In this document: one piece after another, positions 22,001 to 29,899 of the stretch
Position numbering within the stretch: position 1 is the first letter of the stretch
How the letters are laid out: each line of letters begins with the position of its first letter
Origin: a virus
Taxonomy: Duplodnaviria; Caudoviricetes
DNA length: 58,442 nucleotides
Direction: 5' to 3' (one strand)
Virus record (IMG/VR): IMGVR_UViG_3300005512_000037
Span: 1 to 58,442 of that record
Made by a program: the position numbers and the translations under genes
Notes under the pieces: model-generated
The model's database searches: none
Told to the model about the DNA's origin: nothing
Seen by the model: only the letters and a program-made list of their open reading frames with translations

Positions 22001-22666
22001 AACGAGTTGTTGGGTATAGACCTAGCCAACCGTATTTCGATGAACAGTCTTCTATATCGTGCACCGCTGATCGACAAAGATCAAAGTAACTTCTTTACCT
22101 TATTTGAACAGCTAGGTGGTCCAGTAGTTGGGGTCGCCTTGAGCATGGAGCGTGGTGTTAAAGACATTTACGAAGGTGAAGTGTATCGTGGTATTGAAGC
22201 TATGGCACCCTCAGCTCTCCGAAACGGTATGAAATCAATACGCTTTGCAATTGAAGGCGCAACAACTCGTCGTGGTGATCCGATTACAGAAGACATCAAC
22301 CCCTACAATATAGCGATGCAGTTTGCGGGATTTGCACCACAGGCTTATATCCAACAGCTTGAGTTCAACAAGAACAACCGCCGTAGACAAGAAGCGATTG
22401 ACAGTCGCCGAACAAAACTTCTACGCCGCCGTAACATGGCAATGCGTGAAGGTGATCGGGATGAAGTGCGTAAAGTAGATCAGGAAATCCAGAAGTTTAA
22501 TGAGGGCTTGCCAGAAGGTGCAGAGAAGTCACGGATTACATCTGATACTAAGAAGCGTTCGTTTAGAACCTTTGGTAGAACCACAGAAAAGATACGTGGT
22601 GGTATGACTTACACTCCATTCATGGAGAAAAGTCTGGAAGAGTTTGACCAAGGCTTCCAACTGTAA
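16097..22666 (+). CDS. Large (2189 aa) internal virion/polyvalent protein with zincin-like metallopeptidase domain
   Basis: GLFDP...HTIMHEMTHAA...LDEFVAEAFSN zincin motif; last gene of the late arm. Confidence 0.75.
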   Translation: MGIYQYDDPITGKGYDFTIKGDAPSDTEFARISQLIKGDRAAYEQQFQQFTGQELEVDQESAVRRGLRRGYQQIKQAVGETVGTIGEESGLGFLANYGQDTEEKAGQRLGELMIEQPDRMQSTDVEDVGSTLTYLGELAGEQLPQLGLGLGAAAIGSVLAPASPFIAGAATAAGASAPILFGNNVQRQEDEVAAGKKQEVDLNAALVATFGQATLEGISDRILLGLPKGLRTTGKKLFTRVGSRAAGGGTTESLTEVGQQMMERAQAGLPIDNDEAIAEYREAAIAGFLIGGGARVTLGAFESGPDDVTPPKQDADDDVTPPKQDADDEVTIEEQVNRALASDSRLTDPEINEDFIREELDQEYSPEVLEGIIAAKRLATPSPAQQREADNAADPTPLAGKAERTEEERALETAETVDTTTNQQAAIAKESENKLKSAAKKTQDVINKSKPAGVQVEAEDRAAALESEQTGKQIEVDQTPKTTETVETATSEVTEDKFTPEYVKNVLGIQRPRAPLLLAATKGDLSGKSLDDPAVVNRLANYVSNRGAESNAVLTSMKERGYEHDGKQFVRPESEGVGTSVPDSQPSVVGSRGRDSGVIDTAEPAAPDAGPVGTDMLDTDGVDAPTGVQRDTLTDEEKAFVELHEKFPLPENQARYDELVQKRGDTTPEAAPEVPQEQVQELQQAVEQATATPVAPQPATQAPATPAMQQAAIPGQTTGAAAQQIPAPVPPAPRPEVEPVAVEQPQRRGNESELSALYQERLNQSFEQTPPDTKEGRATAVARQYYQEQQLESTQNDPTSANDKLSILRLPSIQKNKRTHEEKAAIIFFDRFRRPVDALQEIGAFEIIGPTQYTEKNYNADEYAFYAGMTQKNALAARKWVDANLSKNAKDIVAAARRQARKDTAKFNPSDAEIEAGRKAKEENTNFQTEVHRQLVKQIVARNKEEKLAVYIPKQIAALPEKVNRDLTLDLEKLTEEQIDVAFDKYLRDPEALNYSQAELDALPDQELADHYDAFLFSIEQKMFLDADAVHGLDLALTPSVRTALMNGNLQSAIDGIVVTNPIKNISKLAAKLGGVVGNTQVRVVDNLEQITGRNSAGLFDPETNTILIDANNGMNVHTIMHEMTHAATSAALANPSLPEVKQLQSLFNAVREQFGEVYGTANLDEFVAEAFSNPEFQSALALTKVDGGKMTGIEKFYNAVKRIVRKVLGLSPSPSALSEVDRLVEGLLAPAPATRAAPRLLLAADNKKASAGLLQSIANVVPEATRESAADLSSVVLNESLGKTAKSWTLNTLPVNILTDIASKKIPFAKELNMLINKQSGALRQKSEVLDSMLNNLHKWQRKHKDQAKVLNNIIPRSTFLKVDPSRTDPEYMKKIRDDKQRSAEYDQLQAEYNKLNKEGQAFYRQMRNYFQDTYDDIISALDARLDATIPDAEVKKNAFEKLRQLLQKDTGVIRPYFPLMRKGTYRLSYVALDPLNPENPVGERFVEYYPNLRKAEQARAKVLSLGGDIDPDIELSDASSPMNFSKVPNTGFIRDILNTVQFNEKLFETNEGYRKLMQEIVDLSLDAMPERSFMQNFRRRKGVRGFIGDTTPTGMGNMDFDAYTMLKEKGRDLNRQLVQLKSAAEIEKFRAKLKPYMSDPSTAMEAKKIDQIASFAQSPNLNRASQVINSLGFGMTMGLNFSSAFITFFDVAMSAMPVLAGRHKIGPTTRAFGTATRLIAGAPSTRTVMATGPDGQPVAQEVNMGTAGKSISNYDLNNLPDMLKAIRGDILIRMGIDQGQFNQSMTQENLEVGRDAPLETFNKFSSFMFHHSERFNRETTLTAAYMLEVKKMQQEKKGPLTDADYEQAAQEAINQTEFTLGATAAAGRPIVAQNAYGNVLFLFKRFAISKYYMMAKLAKEAAGGDKAAQAAARNFLVMTGLLSGLGGMPLMGGIGAIYNMFADDDEDDFEAATRKLVGEGIYGGLANELLGIDLANRISMNSLLYRAPLIDKDQSNFFTLFEQLGGPVVGVALSMERGVKDIYEGEVYRGIEAMAPSALRNGMKSIRFAIEGATTRRGDPITEDINPYNIAMQFAGFAPQAYIQQLEFNKNNRRRQEAIDSRRTKLLRRRNMAMREGDRDEVRKVDQEIQKFNEGLPEGAEKSRITSDTKKRSFRTFGRTTEKIRGGMTYTPFMEKSLEEFDQGFQL
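17012..17077 (+). repeat. Exact 33-bp tandem duplication (DDVTPPKQDAD x2)
   Basis: gatgatgtaactccgccgaaacaagacgcggat at 17012-17044 and again at 17045-17077. Confidence 0.95.
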
Positions 22667-22667
22667 G

Positions 22668-22695
22668 AAAAAAGCCCCCACAAGATGTGGGGGCT
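22668..22695 (-). terminator. Rho-independent terminator at the convergence of the two arms
   Basis: agcccccaca-aga-tgtgggggct hairpin with an adjacent A6 tract (U-tract on the - strand). Confidence 0.8.
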
Positions 22696-22745
22696 ACAGT
22701 GTAATGGAGAACAACATTCAGTAAGAAGTTGTCAAATGTAGTATA

Positions 22746-22997
22746 TCACACAGTTCTCCAAACGCGTAAACCTAGTTTTTGATTTTCTATGCAGATTTGA
22801 ATCTCAAACTCCCAGTTCTTCATTTTTGCAACACTCTTTAGCTGCTTTTTACCTTTATCGGTGTTGATGCAGGGTAGAAAAAATGACGATCCTACCCCCA
22901 TATTGTCCCAGTTTATCGTAATCCGAAGCCCATCAGGGTTCAGATCATCTAACTTCATTACCTTCTGATCCACCGTCAACCTCGTCAAAACCGTCAA
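22746..22997 (-). CDS. Hypothetical protein (start uncertain)
   Basis: W-x2-M-x-VG-x-SFF-x-PC...G-x-RVWR; follows the primase-helicase. Confidence 0.6.
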   Translation of the reverse strand: MTVLTRLTVDQKVMKLDDLNPDGLRITINWDNMGVGSSFFLPCINTDKGKKQLKSVAKMKNWEFEIQICIENQKLGLRVWRTV

Positions 22998-25761
22998 ATG
23001 TAAGCTGTAAACAATCCTGTGCAGGCATGTTGAAGTCTGTGCCTTTTGTCAGACGTTTCTTGACACGCTTCATACCTTTCTGATCTTTCAGGTCGTCCAC
23101 AAGAGATGCATAGTTGATCTGTTGATCTACACACCAATTCTTGAACGGCTTGATGATCAGGAACAGGTGCTTGGTATCTGGCTCGAACCTTGCAATAAGC
23201 TGACCGCGTGGCGTTGCCGAAACAGGCACAAGCTGATCTAGGCCATTGTCGTTCTTGCCACGTAAATCCTCTGTACTTTCGATCTTCAGGATGTTGTTGT
23301 AGTTCTCAGACAAGTAGTTACCCACAGTCTCGTCCACAGATGCACCGATATCGTTGACAAAACGGTTACGCTCTATAAGTTGTTTCACTACCCACTTGTA
23401 TACTTTAGATACATCGTACTCCACAAAGCCTAGTTTGGATGCGATCAGTAGCCCCGCGATAACCACAGCGTTACCGTTTGACCAGAAGCGATTCTCCGCG
23501 CCTAGTTTTGCGGCCTCGTCCAACCGTGCTTTTACACTGCGTACAGTCTTCAGTGCCTCTTCACGGTTGTTGATGATCCACTGGATATACTCTGGCCCGA
23601 TGTGACCGTAGTGCAGTTTAAAGTCCTCGTGAAGTATAGCTGTCTTTGCTACATCTTCAGGATCGAAAAGCATCTTTGGTACTTTGATCTCAAACAGACG
23701 CTGCATCTCTGCCTTCGGTGTAGCCTTGTCACGGCTCAGTATCTCCCAAGCACTGGTGTTAGCAGAACTCAGAGCAAGAAGTTTCCACGGCTTACCACGT
23801 ATACGCTCTTCGTTACCGTTTGCAGATAGCCTGTTCTTTTGGCGACCACCCGAAACCTGATACACATAGTCTGACATGTCCATACTGGTGACGTTTGTCA
23901 TTTCGTCGGAGATCAGAGGCAAGCTGTGCATAACCTCACCACGGTTCATACGTGAGTTGTGAGTATCCGACTTTTGTAGAGACAAGTATTCAGGGTGTCC
24001 CCAGATCGACATAGCTGCAAACTGTGCTGTTGTTTTACCTACCCCAGTACCCCCAAACAAGTGTACAGCCATACTGTTCAATCCTGTCAGCGCCATGAGC
24101 GGTGAGCCGAAACCAACGCCAACCACGTACTGATGCAGTTCGAACCCATCACGATTGTAGAAGTTCAGGCATTCTAGGTTTCTTTTCTTCGAACCCTTCG
24201 GCTCAAAGTTATCCATGAAACTTGCAGTCTTAGACGAGGGTGGGTTGTAAGTAATCTTGTCGCCTTCGATCAGCTTCTCCCCCAAAACAAATGCTTCTAG
24301 GTCGTCGTCCACCCAACCAAACTGGCGGTGTGCCTCAGAAGCTGTTGAGGTCTGTTGTAATTCGTCTACCCATCTAGTTGTGTATGTCATCAGTTTATCC
24401 AGATTTTTACCCCATGTGGTCACGCCTTCACGTGCCATGCTCTTACGAAACTCCTCTCTGGAAGTCACATGCGTTAAAGGCACGGTGAACTGGCGGACAC
24501 CATCTCTAGGCAAGTGTAGCCTAAACACTAACGTTTCGCCAAGTTCTTCGTCATGCAGACGACGAGTGACGTACAAGTCGTTGTGGTACAGGCATTCTTC
24601 TATGGGGTCTCCATCTTCATCACTGGTGCGTAGAAACACACCCCCTGCCACACCACGAAAGTATGGCTTTGGGTATACAGGAACCTCAAATTCTTTGACT
24701 TCTTTTCTGCCTTGTGTAGGTGCAGTGATAGTGACTTCGCCTTTGGCTTCCCGAATACGTTTACCCAACACAATCGGCGATTTGATCTCACCCCACAGTG
24801 GGCAGTCCTTACATACGCCCTCGTTCAGTTCATCGAAACGTGCACAAGTGTACGGACCTTTGATCTCGTCCAACTTCTTGCGCATTTCTGCTTCGCTGTA
24901 ATTAGGGTGTTTATTGGATATCTTGACTGCTGCTACATCTACGTCTGTACAAAACTTTGCAATCGATAGCCCTGCTCTCCACAAAGGTTCGCTGACTTCG
25001 TGCTGCTTTGTCATGATGTACCCTAGCTGTGCACACCCTTTTTTCTGCGCTGTCTTCTCTATGATAGTTTTAAAAATATTCTCAGAGTTCTCAGCGTACG
25101 CTTCGTATAGCGCGTCCGTACCCACATCAAGCGTGGTAACTGGCATTGTAACGCCAAGTTTTGACACAAACTCAGACAAGTCCACAGGTGTTGGTATATC
25201 CACGCCATACGCCTGAACAGGTAGAGCGGGATCGTCTTTGTAGTTATGTGTATTCGGTACACGTAGTATACGCGCCACATCTGCTGTGACCGCAGGGTCT
25301 GCGAGTAATCCGTTATCTGCACAAGCCTTCTTCAATCGCTCCGCAGCATCGACCCAATCCTTCGCCGAAACCGCTTCGCTAAGAGGCCAGTATACGTGCA
25401 CACCTCTACCGCTGTTGATCATAAGCGGATTAGGCAGAGAGAGTTGTTTACAGAAGCTACGTAACGCATCCACAGCGAGCTTCTGCGTAGGGTACTCTTT
25501 CGATGGGCCACAATCCAAATCTAGGAATAGTGACTTTAGTTCTACCGCGTTGTCACCCTTGCGGTTCGAGGGTTCTTTGAATGTACTAAGGGCAAAGTAT
25601 ACGTCCATACCATCGGCATCGAACTTGTTAGCTGCACGAACCACTTCATCAACGGTATCGTAGAACTTTTGTATCCTGACGTTATCTTTACCTCTTGCTG
25701 CGAACACACAGTAGTAGCCGTTGCCACCAAGTAGTTCGCGTAATATCTGCGCCGTTTCCAT
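22945..25761 (-). CDS. Primase-helicase (RepB/AEP-type primase + DUF927-like helicase)
   Basis: LDLDCG, SGRGVHVYW, D-x-ARILRVP-x-T-x-N, Walker A GGTGVGKT, Walker B LISDE. GGAG RBS before ATG 25761. Confidence 0.85.
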   Translation of the reverse strand: METAQILRELLGGNGYYCVFAARGKDNVRIQKFYDTVDEVVRAANKFDADGMDVYFALSTFKEPSNRKGDNAVELKSLFLDLDCGPSKEYPTQKLAVDALRSFCKQLSLPNPLMINSGRGVHVYWPLSEAVSAKDWVDAAERLKKACADNGLLADPAVTADVARILRVPNTHNYKDDPALPVQAYGVDIPTPVDLSEFVSKLGVTMPVTTLDVGTDALYEAYAENSENIFKTIIEKTAQKKGCAQLGYIMTKQHEVSEPLWRAGLSIAKFCTDVDVAAVKISNKHPNYSEAEMRKKLDEIKGPYTCARFDELNEGVCKDCPLWGEIKSPIVLGKRIREAKGEVTITAPTQGRKEVKEFEVPVYPKPYFRGVAGGVFLRTSDEDGDPIEECLYHNDLYVTRRLHDEELGETLVFRLHLPRDGVRQFTVPLTHVTSREEFRKSMAREGVTTWGKNLDKLMTYTTRWVDELQQTSTASEAHRQFGWVDDDLEAFVLGEKLIEGDKITYNPPSSKTASFMDNFEPKGSKKRNLECLNFYNRDGFELHQYVVGVGFGSPLMALTGLNSMAVHLFGGTGVGKTTAQFAAMSIWGHPEYLSLQKSDTHNSRMNRGEVMHSLPLISDEMTNVTSMDMSDYVYQVSGGRQKNRLSANGNEERIRGKPWKLLALSSANTSAWEILSRDKATPKAEMQRLFEIKVPKMLFDPEDVAKTAILHEDFKLHYGHIGPEYIQWIINNREEALKTVRSVKARLDEAAKLGAENRFWSNGNAVVIAGLLIASKLGFVEYDVSKVYKWVVKQLIERNRFVNDIGASVDETVGNYLSENYNNILKIESTEDLRGKNDNGLDQLVPVSATPRGQLIARFEPDTKHLFLIIKPFKNWCVDQQINYASLVDDLKDQKGMKRVKKRLTKGTDFNMPAQDCLQLTFDGFDEVDGGSEGNEVR

Positions 25762-25779
25762 TGCTGCTCTCCATGTTGA

Positions 25780-25816
25780 AACCGTGGCGGGGGAGTACGA
25801 AAACCCCGCCACGGTT
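25780..25816 (-). terminator. Strong hairpin (attenuator/terminator or processing site) between the SSB and primase genes
   Basis: 13-bp perfect stem aaccgtggcgggg/ccccgccacggtt; only a weak U tract. Confidence 0.55.
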
Positions 25817-25842
25817 AGCTATCGTAGTTCAGACGACAGAGA

Positions 25843-26742
25843 CTAGTCGTCCCATTCCCCTACGATAGACGCAAGATCGTCCTCAGAAGGAGCAGCTTCT
25901 TCTTTCTTGGCGATCTTTTTCGGTTCTGGTTCTGCTTTAGCTTTGGGCTTTTCAGACGCAGCAAAGATATCTACTTCGTCTTCTTTCACTTCACCATCAC
26001 GTTTGGCTTGTACCCCATCAGTTTGAGATACGGTTAGAGTGATTGCCTTAATAGCGTCCTCACTCTCTTTCTGTTCCAGTGCTTGCTTTAGTTCTGCCTC
26101 TTCAAGCGGACGCACAGGTTTGAAATACAGCTTCGGTGTATCGCTGTTCTCGTCAAAGTACATCTGTGTAACCACAGCAATAGAAGGTGTCTTGTGTGCC
26201 TTCAAATACTTCGCGTAGGCTTGCATACCCATCTTACCATCTTTCGCCTCACCAAAGATAGACGTAGCGGGTAACTGCAACTGGTAGACGGTATCCATCT
26301 GCCCCTCAAGTACAATCGCAATACGTTGGGAGAACCTACAGGCACGGCTCTCACCTTGACCCGACCCCTTGATGTTTTGCGGACAATCCATGCAGCGAGC
26401 AGCCTGCATTTGGTCCTGCGGCACATCGGACGAGGGCTTCTCTGTATCTGGCGACCAACAAGTAGGTGCAGATGGATTTTCTGGATCGTACGCACCTTTA
26501 TAGAACGTACGAGACAACTTCGCAGCGTTAACAATAACTACATTCAAGAACCCATCGCTCTTGACATTTACTTGTTCGCCGTTGACGATTTCACGGAACC
26601 GACCACCGCGCAGACTGATCCGACGAGAACCGCCGCCCCCACCAGAGCCACCAGACAAGTTGTCGTCTGTCTCCAATAGTTGTTTGAAAAGATCGCTGCT
26701 TACGAGGGAATTACCCTCACCAAATAATGACACTTCTGTCAT
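25843..26742 (-). CDS. Putative single-stranded DNA-binding protein
   Basis: Lies in the replication module; acidic tail ending in WDD; four Cys. GGAG RBS before ATG 26742. Confidence 0.6.
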   Translation of the reverse strand: MTEVSLFGEGNSLVSSDLFKQLLETDDNLSGGSGGGGGSRRISLRGGRFREIVNGEQVNVKSDGFLNVVIVNAAKLSRTFYKGAYDPENPSAPTCWSPDTEKPSSDVPQDQMQAARCMDCPQNIKGSGQGESRACRFSQRIAIVLEGQMDTVYQLQLPATSIFGEAKDGKMGMQAYAKYLKAHKTPSIAVVTQMYFDENSDTPKLYFKPVRPLEEAELKQALEQKESEDAIKAITLTVSQTDGVQAKRDGEVKEDEVDIFAASEKPKAKAEPEPKKIAKKEEAAPSEDDLASIVGEWDD

Positions 26743-26753
26743 GGCATTCTCCA

Positions 26754-26969
26754 TTAATATTCTGTAAGGGTTTCATTTTGCCCTTGTTTGGTTGCGGCTG
26801 TCAACGCCGCTTCTACATCGTCTAGTCTAAAGCGATAGACTTCGCCGATTTTGATGTAAGTATCGTCTGGCACAGAGCCGTTGTTGACCCACTTACGAAT
26901 AGTTGACACAGACACTTGAAAGTAGTCCGCAACTTTATTGATGTTTACATATGGTGTCTCTTCGGTCAT
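26754..26969 (-). CDS. Excisionase-like HTH DNA-binding protein (HTH_17)
   Basis: VADYFQVSVSTIRKWV...P...KIG-x2-YRF. Confidence 0.8.
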   Translation of the reverse strand: MTEETPYVNINKVADYFQVSVSTIRKWVNNGSVPDDTYIKIGEVYRFRLDDVEAALTAATKQGQNETLTEY

Positions 26970-27355
26970 TTCTTCCTCACAGAGATCACGTATTCGCTGT
27001 CCACGTTTAGCCCCGCAGGGACTAGATCGGGGTTCTCTTCTATGAACTGCTTTACGTGCGTTTGATTAAGACGCTTCTCGAAAAACTCTGGAAGTTCATG
27101 CTTCATGATAAACTTAAACATTGATTCCCAGTCACTTGTCCAGAACCGTTGTTTCACAGTGCGATAGAATAACCCTTCGGCTGTCTTCACACTGTCCACC
27201 CCTTGTTCTTTGCAATAGTCAAGAAGCGCACGTTTAATCTTGTCTTGTTTCTCAACAAGGGCACCGTCCTCTTCTTTATACTTTGCCGACAACTCTGACC
27301 GTTTGTTGCGTATATTGACATACGCTTTCACCAATTTCTCGACAGGAACTGTCAC
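26966..27355 (-). CDS. Conserved phage hypothetical protein
   Basis: GGAG RBS before GTG 27355; coiled coil followed by SVKT-x2-G...DW...F...P-x-GL. Confidence 0.65.
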   Translation of the reverse strand: MTVPVEKLVKAYVNIRNKRSELSAKYKEEDGALVEKQDKIKRALLDYCKEQGVDSVKTAEGLFYRTVKQRFWTSDWESMFKFIMKHELPEFFEKRLNQTHVKQFIEENPDLVPAGLNVDSEYVISVRKK

Positions 27356-27407
27356 GGCTATTCTCCATTTTATAGTTATGTAACTGACATATATTAACAC
27401 ACAGTGG

Positions 27408-28943
27408 TTAGTCAAGTATTTCTTTGTATAATTTTATCATTTCTGTGTGTACGTTGATACGCTCGTCTAGCATACGGTAAATACGTTTTTCTGCGCTCGA
27501 CCCTGCAAGCTGTATGACAGTGCATTTGTGCTTCTGACCAGAGCGGTGAATACGTGCGTTAGCTTGCGCGTAAACTTCTAGTGATGAAGTCGGCCCCCAC
27601 CATACGATTGTGTTTGCAGCGGTCAGCGTAACTCCGTGTGCAGCGGCCTGTGGTTGGATAACCAACACTCTCGGATCGGGTGTGTTCTGGAACCGATCAA
27701 ATATCTCCGTACGCTTATGCGCAGGAACATCTCCTCGTATGACCTCTGACGTTATGCCCTCGCTTGTCAACTTATCTATCAGCATATCAATAGTGTGTTT
27801 GAATGGTACAAACACTAGAACTTTCTGACTGCTTTCGTCGATAACTTCGCGCAGGGCTTGGTAACGGTTCTTGATGTCAAACTGCACCGTGTCACCATCG
27901 TCGGTGTATATCGCTCCCGCACTTATCTGTAACAACTTGTTTAGGTTGATAGCCGCATTTGCTGCTGTGACCTCTTCCCCCGCGACTTCCATCACCATAC
28001 GTTTACGCAGCATCTCGTAATATTTTACTTGCTGCTTTGTCATTTCGACAAATCGCTTGGTGTAAGTCATGTCGGGCAAGTCCAAGCATTGGTCTTTTGT
28101 AAAGCGGATAGCGGGTTGCAACACTTTGAACACGGTATCTTTGGCGTTCTCTTTTGGCTTGTACTTGAACTGCGTAACTTTCCACATCACCATGTCTCGC
28201 CAAGAACTAAAGTATCTCGGCACTGATAGGTGGTTGACCATCTTTGCTAGGCCGTACGCATCTTCGGGGCTTTGCGCAGCGGGTGTACCTGTCATCATCC
28301 AAAGCCTGTCGTCTTCACCGACCAACTTGTTGAGGGTCTTCCATCGTTTGGTCTGCACGTTCTTGTAGTGCGTAGCTTCGTCTACAATGAAAAGATCAAA
28401 CCCACCTTTGGCGATCTCGTCTTTAACAATATCGACCCCATCGTAGTTTATGATTACAAAATCGGCACCACTGTTGATGATCTTCTTGCGCTTCTCTTTT
28501 CCACCGTAAGCCACATCTACGGTACGGTGCATGGCAAATGAGAACAAGTCGTCACGCCATGCGCTATCCATGATCGAGAGTGGGCAGATAACAAGCACCC
28601 TGTTTACTAAGCCTTGGTTCATCAGGTAGTCAGCGGCCCAGATAGCCGATGCTGTTTTACCAGTGCCTTGTTCGTTGAAGCAGAAGGCTTTCTTGTTCAT
28701 GGTAAGAAACGCAGCCGTATCCTTCTGATGCTCGTATGGTGTATACTTCCCAGGCCACGCGTAGCGTTTGGTAATGGGTGACGGCACGTTTATATTTAAG
28801 TTTTTTAAGGTAAGGGCTTCGGGTAGCCCCCACTTCACAAGCACCCTATTCATCGACAACTCCTTGCTGTTCGGTATTACTGTTGTGATCTGCTTCGGGT
28901 TTCGCACTCGTAGCATGAGTGCTTTGTCCTCAATGATCTGCAT
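27408..28943 (-). CDS. SNF2-family helicase
   Basis: EQGTGKT, VICPLS, INYD, DEAT, MTGTP, G-x-TLTAA, QANARIHR-x-GQ. Confidence 0.9.
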   Translation of the reverse strand: MQIIEDKALMLRVRNPKQITTVIPNSKELSMNRVLVKWGLPEALTLKNLNINVPSPITKRYAWPGKYTPYEHQKDTAAFLTMNKKAFCFNEQGTGKTASAIWAADYLMNQGLVNRVLVICPLSIMDSAWRDDLFSFAMHRTVDVAYGGKEKRKKIINSGADFVIINYDGVDIVKDEIAKGGFDLFIVDEATHYKNVQTKRWKTLNKLVGEDDRLWMMTGTPAAQSPEDAYGLAKMVNHLSVPRYFSSWRDMVMWKVTQFKYKPKENAKDTVFKVLQPAIRFTKDQCLDLPDMTYTKRFVEMTKQQVKYYEMLRKRMVMEVAGEEVTAANAAINLNKLLQISAGAIYTDDGDTVQFDIKNRYQALREVIDESSQKVLVFVPFKHTIDMLIDKLTSEGITSEVIRGDVPAHKRTEIFDRFQNTPDPRVLVIQPQAAAHGVTLTAANTIVWWGPTSSLEVYAQANARIHRSGQKHKCTVIQLAGSSAEKRIYRMLDERINVHTEMIKLYKEILD

Positions 28944-28967
28944 GTCGTTCTCCGTGGTAGTGTTTCA

Positions 28968-29228
28968 CTACTTCTTTTTAGGTGGTCTGCTCATTTTACC
29001 ACCCGCTGCTCTGTTCTTGGAAGGGCTTTGCAGCTTATACCCATCTTTGTTTTTACCACCTTTACTTAGTGGTTTCTTGTGCGCAATGTCTTTACCTTTA
29101 CGGCTTATCCCTTTCTTATCAACCGCTCTACGCGCACGTTGCCGTTCCATACGGTTTTTGTGTTCGCCACGTGCTTTCTGCTGTTGATACTCCTTTTTGT
29201 AAGGACGCGGTTTGTTTACATAAGGCAT
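28968..29228 (-). CDS. Small basic HNH-like protein
   Basis: GKD-x2-HKKPLSKGG-x-N...S-x-NR (degenerate HNH). Confidence 0.55.
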   Translation of the reverse strand: MPYVNKPRPYKKEYQQQKARGEHKNRMERQRARRAVDKKGISRKGKDIAHKKPLSKGGKNKDGYKLQSPSKNRAAGGKMSRPPKKK

Positions 29229-29899
29229 CAGTTTTTTCCGTTATGTGGGCACTCTACTACTGGACAGTGACGCTTGCATAAACCAGATGGACGTGGGTTC
29301 CACACATCTGTCTCAAACGCCTTCTCCATTCTACCATAAATTCCTAGCCATTTCTCCCATAGATTTGCAGATTGTTCTACTTCGTATTCGGCTTTGATCA
29401 GGCTGTTGGCTACAACAAACAGTAATCCTGCGCGTACTTTTTTAATTTCGGGGTAGTGCGCAAATACGGTCAACGCCATAAGTTCTAGCTGCCCTTTGTC
29501 GGCATACTTAGACGATCTACCTGTCTTGTAGTCTATGACCCACGCAACTTGTGCTAACACGTCTACAATGATCAGATCAGCGATCCCACGAAACCATACT
29601 TGCTCACTAAAGAAATCACACGGTTCAAGATCAGCGGTTAACCCCAACTTCTTTTCACATATCTTTACACCGCGCTTGTCGTTCAGGGCATCTAGCGTAG
29701 CTTTGATGAAGTCGAACTTAGCGGGTAACGGCACATTGTCACCGATATAATCCTCACATGCTTTGTGGAACTCTGTCCCATACCGCATGGCCTCTGTCTC
29801 TTCGACAGGGTACTCCTTCAATATCTTTTCATGGTAAAACTGCTTCGGACAAGTCTCGAATGCTTTTGCCTTACTGAATGACCAAGGTGCTATACTCAC
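29228..29899 (-). CDS. PD-(D/E)XK exonuclease (RecB/Cas4-like)
   Basis: WSFS...CP, YGT-x2-H, RGIADL, IDYKTG, QL-x-L-x-A, C-terminal LC-x3-CP-x3-C. Confidence 0.85.
   Translation of the reverse strand: MSIAPWSFSKAKAFETCPKQFYHEKILKEYPVEETEAMRYGTEFHKACEDYIGDNVPLPAKFDFIKATLDALNDKRGVKICEKKLGLTADLEPCDFFSEQVWFRGIADLIIVDVLAQVAWVIDYKTGRSSKYADKGQLELMALTVFAHYPEIKKVRAGLLFVVANSLIKAEYEVEQSANLWEKWLGIYGRMEKAFETDVWNPRPSGLCKRHCPVVECPHNGKN

Noticed and set aside
22706-22718. Orphan + strand GGAGAACAAC RBS-like sequence after the hairpin
   Set aside because: Followed by ATT rather than a usual start codon, and I found no convincing ORF.
29228-29899. Cas4 as part of a CRISPR-Cas system
   Set aside because: Stand-alone PD-(D/E)XK exonuclease in the replication module; no cas1/cas2 and no array.
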